Source: Monocercomonoides exilis PA203 (lineage: Eukaryota > Protista > Preaxostyla). From it: a DNA stretch of 64,000 nucleotides. The DNA is taken from assembly GCA_001643675.2 (NCBI GenBank), contig LSRY02000007.1, forward strand, positions 1,798,001 to 1,862,000, given 5' to 3'. The notes beneath the pieces are model-generated. The model saw only the letters and a program-made list of their open reading frames with translations, did no database searches and was not told where the DNA came from. Position numbers and translations under genes: made by a program. Shown here one piece after another: positions 23,801 through 36,366 of the stretch. Every line of letters starts with the position of its first letter. Within the stretch, counting starts at the first letter, position 1.

Positions 23801-26800
23801 AGGAGTAGAAAGCTCATTGGAAATCATATCTTCTTCAGTGAAAGGAAGTTCGAATGAGCAGACCATCCCGTTCTGTTTTGTTTGTGTGAAGAATGGCAGG
23901 ACGCTTCTGAGCAATGTTGGAGTGGAGAAACTGAGCTTCTCGGCTCAGCCATTTCTGGCTTGTGATGGCTCAAATGCTGAGATATCGATGATTCAAGCAG
24001 TTTTCATGGATGTTGTTTGGACAGGGGAGCATGGACTGATTGAGATCAGCAACGGATCGATTGCAAAAATAAGCACAAGCAGATTTGAGAGTGAACATGG
24101 AAGCACACAGCCAGCGATTGTTGCTTATAGAGCCAAAAGTGTTCTTGTGAATGAGACGAACACGAGTGGATTGGAAGTGGAAACGGGAGATGGGTGTTTT
24201 ATTCGTGGAATTGTGGGAGCAGGATGTGAGGCGAATGTGGAAGGCGGAAATGTGAGTGGGAAATGCACAAAAGGAAATGGTGGAGCAATTTGGCTGATGA
24301 TAGAGAGCGGAGGAATTGTTCATGTTGGAAAGAGCTCGCTGGTGCAAGTGAGCAAGAGCGAAGCACGTTACTCATCTGGGAGTGGGGGGTTAGGTGGAGG
24401 AATTTTCGCTGAGGTGAAGAACAGCGGAGTGGATTTTGTGCTGCAGGCTCTGGAGTTTGCTGAATGCCATGCAGATTTGCATGGCCACAGTGTGTTTTTG
24501 AGAGCACCGAACTTCACAATATCAGTAACGAATATAACCTTTGAGTTCTGCAGAGACACCACGAATGAAGATGAGCTTGTGGGATATGAAGGAGGAGACG
24601 ACACATATGCCATCCCTTTGGTTTTGTATTTGAGGGGAGCACCGCTTCCAGTGATTGTCGGGGGAGATAACAAAAAGGACTTTGACCGATGTGGATACGA
24701 AGGACATGGCTGTGCAACAATGGACTTTGTCATATCGCGATGGGCAAGCACTGATGGGTTGAGAGCAGCGATCGCGAGTGCTGTTCCACTGAGTTCTGAG
24801 GCGAATCTGTCTCAAGGAACATTTGAGTTCAACGGAACATCAGTCAACTCGCAGATAGATGTTCGAGAGAATGCAGATAAAAAGCAAGATGGAATGATTG
24901 AGACAAGCAGCGCGTGTGTGATCAAAGGGGTGAAGATTGTTGTGCCTTCTGGGCTGGGCGGAAGACTGTCTCTGATGTTCACACGAGAAGGGAGTCTGAG
25001 GGTGGATTCATGCAGTTTAGGTATTCGGTTGTCGCTTTCAGTGGCATACTCATTGTTTATGTGCACAGGCGGAACACTCACTTTGTGGGGTGTAGTCATG
25101 AGAGATATCACATTCAATTCTGGTTCAGCAGTGTGGATGTCAGAGGAAGGTGGCTGTGAGATCGTGGAGTGCACAATGACGAATGTGAAGGGATCAGGAA
25201 CATCAGAAGGAACGGTATCATATTCATCGAGAGGAGTCTTGAATGTGGAGAACACAACAATGGTAGAAGAAGGGGTTGCAGATGACACTTGCAAGACACT
25301 GTTGTTCGACAATATGGGGAAAGACATGCATATGAGAAACTGCTCGTTCTGCAACTTGACGAGAAGTTGGGTGAGTGGATGTGGGCTGTCTGGGAAGTTG
25401 GATGAAGGGATGGAGCTGGTGCTGAATGGAGTTCGCTGGGAAAACTGCTCTGTTCATGGAGGGAGCGGGGGAGGATGTTTTCTGGAGCTATCAAAAACAG
25501 CAGTTCTGCGAATTGGAGGAAGTGGCGATGAAAGACTTGCAGAAAAATGCAGGGCGCTGAATGGTGATGCATCAGATGCATCAGATGCATCAGATTCATT
25601 GAGTGGAGTTGGTGGAGGGATGGTTGTGAAATGTGTTGATGGAGGGAGGAATTTTGCATTGAAAGATGTGCAGTTTGGAAAGGAAGAGAATGCGAACGAG
25701 GCAGAAAATGGAGGAAACAACATGTTTGTGATGTGTGGGAATCTGTCAGATGTGGTGAATGTCAACTCGCTGAATTTTGACTTTCCGAAGGCTGTTGAAG
25801 AGAGGCCGATCCTGGAAGATATGATGGGGATGGAAAATGGAGAGAATGAGAAGCTGATTCCACTGGTGGTATTTTTCCGTCAAAGCATCGGAGGTGTGTA
25901 TGTGGGGAAGAAGGGATGCAACTACCGGTTGTGTGGGTTCGAAGATTATCCGTGTGAGGGAATAGAATATGCAGCCACACGGCGAGCGAGTGATGCAAAT
26001 GTTGAGATTGTGCTTCTTCGAGATTTTGTGTTTGATAACACTCTGGTGCTTGACGCACAAGAAATGATGATAAAGGTGCAGGGAGATGAAAGGGATCGAG
26101 CAGTGATTGAGAATGGAGAGGGAGACTCAGACAGCATGATTGAGACAAAGAAAAACACGAGTTTTGAGTGCATTTGGTTCTGTGTGCCTCAATCGTTTGC
26201 ATCTCACAGAATAAGTTTTCTGAAGTGCACAGAATGTTCTTTGAAGCTGAAGGAGTGCTCTGTGAAGAGCGAATCAGGAGAGATGAACTATTCGTTTGTG
26301 AGTGTGCAAGGGGGAGAGCTGACAATGGAGGGATTTTCTGTGAAAGGGGTTTGTGTGGATGGTCATGGATTGGTGGAAGCAAGTGGTGTTGGTTCAAAAA
26401 TGGAGCTGAGCGAAGCGAATCTGGAGAATGTGTCAGCTGTTGGGTTTGAAGGGGTGTTGAGCGGAAGAAGGTGCTCATCACTCAAAGTGAGCAACACTTG
26501 GATGAATATGTCAACTCTTTCTGATTGCACAATGATCAGATTTGTGGAGTGTGAAGCCGTTGAAATGAGGGGTGTGAATGTGTGGAATATCAGCAGGCAA
26601 GCAGGGGATGGAGGAGCATTTGTTGGGGAAGTGGGAGAAGGAGGGAAATGTGAAATAGTGGGGAGCACATTCAACAACGTGAGTTGTTTGGAGCACAACG
26701 GGAGAGGAGGGTGCGGATATGCAGAGGTGAAAGCAGGAGGAACACTGAATGTTGAAGACAACTGTTTTGAAGGGAATGGAGTGTCGGGAGAAGAGAGCTT

Positions 26801-29800
26801 TGGAGGAGGATTGTATCTGAAGTTTTGTGCTGTGAGCGTGGAGTACAGCATGAAGCAGAACGAGTTTGTGGACAACAGGGCAGGAATCGGGAAAGATGTT
26901 TATGTTGTGTGCCCTCAGCCGCGAAAGATGCTGCGTCTGGAGCTGTGGGAAGAGACAGTTAAGGAGTCTGATGAGAGAGAACGGTTCTGGGTGTATGATG
27001 ACACTTCAGGAGCAGTTATCAGTTCATCGATATTGGTGATGCTGTTTCCAGCAGGAGAAGAGATTGTTTTTGTGAATGGGTTGTTCCAGAACAACAACGG
27101 ATGTGGGCACGAGGAAATGCCGTGCAGAGATGTGGAATATGCATTCAAGTTTGTGATTGAATTGCACACAACAATCCGCTTGGCAGGAAACACGTTTCTG
27201 GAAGGGGTTATTGATGCGAACAAGACACTCACAGTTGATGGAACGAACAACACGAAGCCTGAGCAGGAGATTAAGCCAGGTGGTCAGCTGTGTGTTTCTG
27301 ATGCAGAAGTTGTGCTTTCTCTGCGAGGACTGCATTTCAAGATGATTTCAGAAACAGAAACAATTTCCAATTCTGTTGTTTCAGCTTCTGCTTTGCAAGC
27401 CTTGAATTCAGTGAGTTCGGTTCTGATGGTCAGCCAAGGAAGATGTGCAGTTGTGAATTGTTTGTTTGGAGAAGAAGGAGAGGGAAGAGAGGAAGTTGAA
27501 AGGTGGATTGTGCAAGAGAATGGTGGATCAGTTGAGCTGAGTTCTGTGAAGTTTGCTGGATTGGGATTTGGAGGCAGCTGGGGAATGGTGTTTTGCGAGG
27601 GAGGAGAGTTCACATGCCGAAACACATCAATCTCACAAATCTCAGCAGGAGAGGCGAGCTTGTTTGTGAGTGGAGATCATGCGAAGTGGAAGTTCAAAGC
27701 AGTGAATGTGAGTGCGGTGAATGCGATTAATGGGCGTATTGTCACTCTGAACAAGGGATCTGGATTGACAATGAGTGATGGATGTGTGGTTGAAGGGTGC
27801 GGAGCGAGCACGAAGAATGGGAGTTTTGGGTTGTGCGAAATGAGTGAGGAAAATGAGCTGAGGATCGAAAACGTGCAGATGAGCAGCTGGGTGAGTGATG
27901 TTGGAAGAGGATATGGAGGATGCCTGTTTGTTGCAATGAGTGAAGGATATGCCAACAACTACCTGTTCAGAGGTGTTGGCTTCAAGGAAAACAATGCATT
28001 TGCGGGGAAAGACATGTTTGTGGAGTGTGTTGAGCTGAACTCATCCATCCTCTCGGACAGATTCCGCATCGAGTTGACAAGTGGGAGCGATGAGAGCACT
28101 GTTGATGTGAAGGGGGTGGACACATCCAGATTTGAAGATCCAGTGGATCTGAGTCTGTTTCTGGTTCAGGCACACCTTGCGACTGTTGTTGTGTCGAGTG
28201 AAGGATACGATATGGTTGGTTGTGGTGAGGAAGCACATCCGTGCCATTCGTTTAGGCGCGGGTACAGCAACACATTGGAGGGAGCAGAGAAGAGGGAGCT
28301 GCACATCCAGAATGTGGCTGAAGTCGACCGAGGATATGATGTGTCATCGTTTGTGATTGACTCGCTGCTTGAAGGAGAGGAATGCAAGCTTCGTGTTTCA
28401 GGTGAATTGCAGAACGGAGCGTTGGATGGTGTGTTTGTGAATTCAAAAGCAGCAGAATTTCGCTCGATTGATTTCCAGATACCCTCTTCAATGATATCTA
28501 CAATCTAGGCGATCTTTGTGTCATCTTCAACAAGTGCCGAACTGATGATGATCCACTGCTCGATCAGCGAAAGCAGTGGAATGTTGACAGATTATGGAAT
28601 TGTGAAAGTGATGGGAGGGAGGCTTATCATTGAAAACTGTTCTTTCACCTCACTGACAGAGCATTCGCATGCACCCTTTGCAGTTCAAGGCTCGCTGAGA
28701 GCAGAAAACTGCACACTCACAAAAGCGAAATCGAGAACAGGGAGGGAAGGAGGGCTGATGTGCATCAGACTGGGAAGCAGTGACTGTGCAAAAGTGGATG
28801 GGTGCAGGATGGAAGGATGCGAGTGCAAGGCAGAGAATGGGAAAGGAGGAGCGATGTTTGTTGATGGGAGTGAAGCGACAGAGCCCAAGTGCATTTCATT
28901 GAACGGCACATTCTTTTTGTCAAATCTCGCAGCAATTGGAAAGCATCTGTATTTTGGATGCCGGGATCTGAACACCACAGTGACAACAGAGACATTCAAT
29001 CTCTCATTGAGCGAGATGGAAAGTGATGATAACGATCTGATGGGAGCAGATCCAATCCACGGGGAAACATCACTGTTTCGGTTTCTGGTGGAGTTCAGAA
29101 GCAGCACAGTGCATGTGGGAGCAGGAGGATATGACTTGTTGCGGTGTGGAAGCGCCGAGGATCCGTGCAAGAACTGGAGATATGGCATTGCGCATTTGTT
29201 GACTGAGACAAATGAGAAAACGATTGTTGTGTCTGGAGAGTGCAGATATGAGGAGGATGGGATTCTGTCAGACTTCGAGGTGAAATCAGCTGGTGCTGAA
29301 AACGAGGAGCAATCAATGGCAAGCCTGATCATCGAGTGCTCTGGAGAGGAGGGCGTGGATGTGTGCATGCGAAACACAAGGAAACTGAGGTTTGAGTGGA
29401 TCTCATTTGTTGTGAGAGAGGGGTTTGTGAATGAAAGAGGGGGAGTGATTGTGAGCGAGGGAGAGGAACTGCAGATGACTGATAGTGGAGTCAGCACGAT
29501 AGTGTCAGCATCCCAAGTCAGCGGGATTTCATTTGCAGTGGCGATGAGAGGAAGTGTGATTGTGAAAAGACTGTCTGTGGTGAGCTCATCGATTGGAAAG
29601 TGTCTGTTTGAAGTGGCAGTGGATGTGGGATGCGTGATAGAGGGATTCAAAGCAGAGATGGTTGAAATGAGAGATGGAAGCATCATTGGGACACGAGACA
29701 AACAAGCGGGAGAGATGCAGATAGGGAATGGAAGATCGACCATCACTGTGGTGAAAAGCGAATTCAAGAACATCACGAACAATGGTGGAAATGGATGTGT

Positions 29801-32800
29801 TTTTGATCTTGGGGAGAGCAGCAGTGCAACAGCACTGGGTGTTAATGCGAGTGTGTTTGAGATGTGCATGAGCAGCAATTCGCCGAAGGGAGGGGCAATC
29901 CATTTTTGCATGGGCTCAGGAGGATATCTGCATGTGAGAGGCACATCGATCACGCTGAGCAGCTGCTCGGCTCAGAGCGGATGGGGAGGAGGGGTGTATG
30001 TTGCGGCAGTCTTTGCAGGAGACCTGGACATGATGTTCAAGAGTATTGTGTTTGGCTCGAACATTGCACACATCGGAAGAGATCTGTTTGTGGAGTGCTA
30101 CAACATCAAGGAGCAGATCAACGAGACGCAGTTCCTGTTTGATCTGCGGGAATCGAAGTACAACAGGCTGAATGCGATATATGGGATCGACCGAACAGAG
30201 CTGTGCGGAGAGCCGGTGAACCTGATTGAGTTCATTGTGATATATCAGAATGACACGATATTCACAACCTCAGACAGAGAAGTGGCCAGCGAAGACAGCA
30301 GGAACTGTGGCTCGCAGATGCTTCCGTGTGCATCGCTTGGATTTGCTGCCAGCCACCTCACACACGATTTTGAAAGTCAGATTGTTGTGATTGGGGAAGG
30401 GCTCATCAAGGGTGAGCTGGATGTGACAGACGCGTCAATAAGATCGAGAACAACCACAGCAGCATATCTTCGGCTGAACACACATTTGGAGAGTACTCGT
30501 CCGTGTGTGGTGTTGTGCACCGAATCAGTTGTTTTTCGGGGGATATCTTTTGTTGTGGATCCGGAGTTTCTGAAGAATCATTTCCGCTTTGTTGAGTGTG
30601 GCCAAGGGAAAACAGAAATGACGAAGTGCACATTCAGCGGAACAGCAAATGAGCACAAGAATGCACTTGCGATGAATGCAACGCTGTTGTATGTTTCCTC
30701 AGGGGGTTATCTGGAGTTGGAGAATGCAACATTGAGCCATGTAACATCATCGTCTCCAATGATTACATGCGAGCAGAAATCGAAACTGAGTTGCACATCA
30801 TTGGTGATGGCTTCGCTCGAATGCTCAATGGGGTTGATAACAGCAAAGAATTGTGAGATGATTGCAATCGAAAAGAGCGAATGTCGAGATGTTGTGTGTG
30901 ATGGTGGGGCATTATTTGCTTTGGAGGGAGAAAATGACAGAAAAGAAAGTGAAGATGCAAGGAATAAATGCGAGTGTGCATTTTCTGTGTGTTCAATTGA
31001 AAACATCACAATGACAGCTGGAATGGGAGCAGTGTTATTTGCGAATTGTTTAGGGAGTCTGCGAATGCAGAACATATCGTTCGCCAAATGTGCATCAAGA
31101 GAGCAGAAAGGGAAGATGTTGCGAAGTGAAAGAAGCAATGCTGTGGAGTTGGAGTCGTGCACATTCAGCGGAGATGAGGCAGAAAGAGAGTCTGAATTGA
31201 ATGCATCGGGAAAAGAAATGTGTGAGTGGAATGGATCAGTTGTCCATTTTGAGGATTCATCTGTTGTTGTTAAAGACACAGCAATCAAAAATGCGAAAGA
31301 TGGAGGAATGTCAATTTCTGGAGGAGACGTGAGAATTGAAAGGGGAGAGTTTTTGAACAACAATCCAGACATTGTGAAGTTTCCATCTGTCAGGAGAAAT
31401 ATCATCTGCTCGGATGCAGGGTTGGTGAACATTGAGAGTTTGAAGGGAGGAGATGGAATGAAGGACAATAGTTCTCTTTGGTTTCTGAACGAAGGATGCA
31501 GAGTTGAAGGAATAGTATCTGAGAGGAGTTCAACTCTGTTTATTCCGGTTTTAGAGGAAGTGAAGAGCGAGGAGAAGGGAAGTGTTGTGGAGCTTCGGTT
31601 TTTGGGGAGTGTTCTGATTCCATGCGAGTTGTCGTTCAAAGTGAGCACATGGATTGGAGATGCTGAAGCTGTTGAGCGGCATGAATTTTCAGAAGCTGAC
31701 TTTGTTTCAGAGAAGGAAGTGAGGGGATCAATATCATCATCTGCAATCGTGTCGGTGCCAAATGAGGCAGAAGTTTCGGTTGCGATTGTGTTTGGAGGGA
31801 AGGAAGCACAGCATTGCACCACTCTGTTTGTTCTGAAGAATAGAACAGAAGAACAGACGAGCAATAATGATTATTTAGCAAAAGGAAAAACTGAAAATCA
31901 TTTTTCTTGGATCACTGTAATGTTGATGGTGATTTTGTTTCTTGTTTTTATTGTTGCAGTCGCATTTATCGTCAGATGGAAGAAAGCAAAGAACAGAACA
32001 AAAGAACTGGAAGAGATTGTGAATGACACAGTGAGAAAGGATCCGAAAGCATTTGAGATGGTGACGATGGAGATTTCATCAGAAGATCAGTGGAGAAGAG
32101 CAGAAAGGGAGGCAGAGAAGAAGAATGAAGAAAGGATCAAGAAGAGGGTGTATGAGACGAATATGGAGCATTCAGAGTCATCGGAGCATTTATTATCTGA
32201 GAGCGGATCAACTGAATACATCCTTGGGAGAGACTCAGACAAGATTCCCAGTTGGATGTTGGAAAAAGATGAAGAAGAAGAGATAAGGAAGAGAACACCT
32301 TCGCCATCTATTTCATCCACTTCAACGACTGATTCAGATTCGACTTTTGTTCGAGGGGAGGATTTGTGCCCGACCACTTCATCCATGTCAAACTTGGTGG
32401 ATGCAATGAGCTGTTCGTCTCCGTACGTGAAACTGATTGTGGACTTGAGGGATTCACTGTTCATGCTGCTTCATGGTAGGAACGAGAAGAAGGAGATGGC
32501 GATTGGGACACTGATGGAGCGGGAAGTGACAGGGGCGCATCTGCTGTTCTGGGTGGTGCATGGAGCGCTCCACTCGTTTGAGGATGATAAATATTATCTT
32601 CCTTCTCTGGCGAATCTGAGCCCTCACATTATCCTGTTTTCTGAACACATGGAAATCGCCATCGCTCTCCACTCGGACTTCTCTTCTGATGATTCTGATT
32701 CCTCCTCCACTTCCATATCGTCTTCCACCATCATCACATCTTCGTCTGCTTGCTCGTCGTCGAATAGAAATGGGAAGGATTCCCCACCACCCTCATCTGC

Positions 32801-33242
32801 GTTTGAGGAAGATGGATACTACAGAAAAGAGTGTTTGAGGTGGAAGGCGCCAGAGCTGCAGATGAACAAGAAGATGAGTGCAACAAAAGAGTCGGTGGCA
32901 TTCTCAATTGGGATGATGCTGTGGGAGTGTCTATCCCTGAAAATTCCATTTGAAGAGTATGAGGGAGATGCGGCAGGGCAGAAGATTGCGAATGGAGAGC
33001 GGCCAAATATGGGTGTGATATCGGGGAGCAGGCAGGCAGGGCTGGTGGCAGCAGCTTTGCTGCAGCATGGAAGAGACAGAATAACGCTTTGCGATGTGAA
33101 GAAGGAGCTGATCAAGTTCTTCTCGAAGAATGAGGTCACACTCACGATGTCAGATGCGATAATTGATGAGGAGCAGGAGGATGACAGCAAGGCAAACAAT
33201 TCGACAGCAAGTTTCAGCAAAAGTGGGGAAAGCAGCGCTTAA
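20815..33242 (+). CDS. Giant receptor-like pseudokinase (about 4100 aa if repaired; 8 ectodomain modules), interrupted by one frameshift and one in-frame TAG
   Basis: Three consecutive ORFs (20788-22068, 22101-28508, 28518-33242) form one continuous protein, with a frameshift at about 22047-22066 and an in-frame TAG at 28506-28508. Signal-like N-terminus, TM WITVMLMVILFLVFIVAVAFIV, and a tail nearly identical to that of the gene at 822-8720. Confidence 0.8.
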
Positions 33243-34522
33243 AGGAGGCAGTAGTTGTTGAGATACCAAAATTAGGTTCATAACACCAAAAAAACAGTAA
33301 ACTTTTGGTGCAGGATGGAACGGATGAATGGATTGAGAAGAGTGATTTGTTGGTGAATCTGTGAGTTGCCTTGAGGCAATCATTTTCTCACAGATTAGTC
33401 CAACAGGTCACAGGGTAATTTGGAAGCCAGACTTTTGTTGCTGATAAAGCATCGTCGCATCATTAGTATTTAAGAATTATATTTTTTTAATTTTTCTTTT
33501 GTTTTTATTTTTGTGAGGAGATTTATAAGCTATCACAAAGCTGTGGTGAACAACAAAAAGAGGAATTTGCGTGGAGTTCTTGAGCACAGATCTATTTTTG
33601 CGTTTTTGTGTTTGATGTGTCGTGCGATGAGTTTCCTTTAAAATACACTTTTTTCCATATCTTCTTTCCATTCATTTTTTCGTTTTGTTCAGAAACTGCT
33701 TTTATGGAGAATAATTGAGCACCTCTTTTATTTTGGGACTGTTTTGGAGAGCACACAAATCTTGAGATTAAGAAATAAATGTTATGTTTTGGGATTTTCA
33801 TAATTTGCGTGGATAAATGTTTTATTGCTATCATTGTCATTTCACGAAACAAAAGCAATTACTGAGTGAAATGTTATTGCAAAAATGTTCAGTTAGGATA
33901 TAATTTGCTTCCTTGAAATTAAGCCGTCACATGAATTATTGAATTGTTTTAATAACTTGTTGAAAAAGAAAATGGAATCAAATGTCATGTTGAATGAAAA
34001 CTTCAGGAATGATATATATTAGAGTTCTGTTTTTAAAGGTGTCATTGATTTGAACAAAGCCTGAAACCCTTGAAACATTGTTTTTCTTATTCAAATTCAA
34101 GATTCAAAACGAAAATTGCCTTTGTTTTGATACTTATTATTTTTTGGGCATTTGAAAGTGTTTTGAAACAGGTGTATTATTTTTTTCAATGTTTCACAAC
34201 GATGAAAAAAGAACGTGTTTTAAAATGAGATTCAAAACAAAGCATGGCTGAAAATTAGAAAAAAATCAAGTTGATTTTCTTTTATAAATAATATTTCATC
34301 TCGCATTAGAAAAGAAAAATTATGAAAGAAAATATTTCCTCATATCATATTCATTCTTATATTTCCACAAAGATACTGATCATCTGACTCTTGCACTCTT
34401 ATGGATTCTTCAGAATTCATTGGAAGACATTTATTTGCCACAGATGAATCTGATGGATGATGCCCACATGTTTCAGATGACATTCTTTGAATTCTTGGAC
34501 AAGGAGATCCACAAACAGGATA

Positions 34523-35051
34523 TGGGTCATTCTTTTATAAAAAGTCGCTAATGGTTTGTTTTGGGGTTTAATAAAATTGAACATTTTTTGACCTATTTTT
34601 TCTTTAAATAATGTATACTGTATAACTTATAGAATTTGAATTCACAAACCTATTTGATACGAGAAAAAGTGCATGCTGTAGAAATCTGATTGATAAAAAA
34701 CAAAAAACGATCAAATGGGGGGAAAATACGGTCTTTCAAGCTTTTTTTGCACAAGGCATTAAAAAATTACTTCACTCATAACATATTTTCACTTACTCAG
34801 ATTTTGAAACTAATTTGTTTTTCATATCCTAAAACATGCATCGTTGAAATCAAAACATAAAGTTTTCCAACATTTCACAAATGTCAAAAAATGGACCTAT
34901 TTTGGTTGTGTTTTTTGATCAAAAAAAGTCAAAGAAAAGTGCATATTTTTTCAATGAAAAAACCTGAAGCAAAATATCTTGTCCCACATAAGGAACATTT
35001 TTATTAAATCATTAAATTAAACATTTGCGACTTCTCAAAAAGAATGATCCT
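34523..35051. mobile_element. Non-autonomous TIR element (MITE-like), GGGT(C/A)ATT-terminus family, copy A
   Basis: Left end tgggtcattcttttataaaaagtcgctaatg; right end aaacatttgcgacttctcaaaaagaatgatcc; both match the ends of the element at 36023-36264; no coding capacity seen. Confidence 0.65.
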
Positions 35052-35597
35052 AATGAACAGTTCGAATAATTGATTTTCAGCGAGAAGAAACAGAAGAATC
35101 AAAAGGAACAAATTGTGATCTTTCTGTGCAATTCTTGAAATGCGTTATTTTTTGAACAGTTCCTAAAGAAAATTCAATAAGTGATAAAAGAAATCACATG
35201 TGGGTGATTATTCTTGTAATCAAACATTTTTTTGTGAAGTGTGAAATTTTCTAATTAACAGTTATTCGCAAAAGATTTTTTTAAAAGGATGACGTGCTTT
35301 TTAATCATTATCTTTCACATGCTTGTTTTCGCAGAAAGACAGAGAAGTTCATTTCTGATTTCAATATAAGCATTTGATTGATTTCGAAGAATCTTTGCAA
35401 TATTATCAATACGAAATTTTTGAAAGAAAAAACATGAAATCAAAAAGAATGGCACATCAAATTTTTTTTAGCACTGTGATTATTAACTACAGTGAACCAA
35501 TGAAAAAAGTCCTAAAATGTTCTTGCACACAAAAATATGACAGTAGCCAATGTTGATAATATCCAATAGATTATGAACGGCTTTGACTGTAATCGTT

Positions 35598-35758
35598 TTT
35601 CTCTTTTTCTTTTTCTTTCTTTTAATTTTTATTTTTATTTTTATTTTAATTTTATTTTATTTTATTTTATTTTATTTTATTTTATTTTATTTTTTTATTT
35701 TTATTTTTTATTTTTTATTTTTTATTTTTTATTTTTTATTTTTATTTATTTTTTTTTA
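35598..35758. repeat. (TTTTA)n/(TTTTTA)n T-rich simple repeat
   Basis: Directly visible. Confidence 0.9.
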
Positions 35759-36022
35759 TGTTCAAGTGGGTGAGATATGATTACATCAAATATTATTTAT
35801 TGTGAGTTGTATTTTTAAATGTGATCTGCAATTTTCAAAAAATATCACTACGAAATGATAAATGAATAACAAAAATCACAAAACCAATGAAATCAATGAC
35901 AGAAAGGCAAACATATGTTTATGCCAAGATTACACTTTTTATGTGATTTCATTTACAAGACAAAATCACATGAATTATGAAATACCTAAATTTTGGATTT
36001 GAAAAATTTTTAACTCAATATA

Positions 36023-36264
36023 TGGGTAATTATTTTAGAAAAGTCGCAAATGTTTGATTTTCAAGTGAAACAAAAATTTCATATCTTGATCAAATTTCTG
36101 TTCCCTCTCATGTAACTTCACAGGAATGTGTTAAACAGCATTGTCAAATTATATCCTCCGCTTTGATGAAGTTGCATGAGCGGGAACCGAAATTTGATCA
36201 AGATATGAAATTTTAAATTTATTTGAAAATTAAACATTTGCGACTTTTCAAAAATAATTACCCA
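36023..36264. mobile_element. Palindromic MITE, GGGT(C/A)ATT-terminus family, copy B
   Basis: Imperfect inverted arms of about 95 bp (tgggtaattattttagaaaagtcgcaaatgttt...atttcatatcttgatcaaatttc versus gaaatttgatcaagatatgaaat...aaacatttgcgacttttcaaaaataattaccca); ATA on both flanks is a candidate TSD. Confidence 0.8.
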
Positions 36265-36300
36265 ATAATTAATATATATTAATTATAAAACAAATTTGGT

Positions 36301-36366
36301 TAACTTATTATTCGAAATTGTTGAACTTATTATTCGAAATTGGTAAACTTCTAATTCAAAATTAAT
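36301..36366. repeat. Three tandem 22-bp units (aacttattattcgaaattg..)
   Basis: taacttattattcgaaattgtt / gaacttattattcgaaattggt / aaacttctaattcaaaattaat, overlapping the left end of the large inverted repeat. Confidence 0.75.

Noticed and set aside
25566-25595. (GATGCATCA)3 tandem repeat
   Set aside because: Small in-frame expansion (DAS)n in a loop of the receptor; no evidence of a separate function.
20880-33383. Numerous minus-strand ORFs (e.g. 28685-29953, 30707-31864) opposite the giant receptor
   Set aside because: Antisense shadows of a purine-rich coding strand.
35573-35780. Phe/Ile/Tyr-rich ORFs resembling membrane peptides
   Set aside because: Translation of the (TTTTA)n repeat.
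36301-36366. Short direct repeats as a possible CRISPR array
   Set aside because: Units are head-to-tail with no spacers, there are no cas genes, and the context is eukaryotic.
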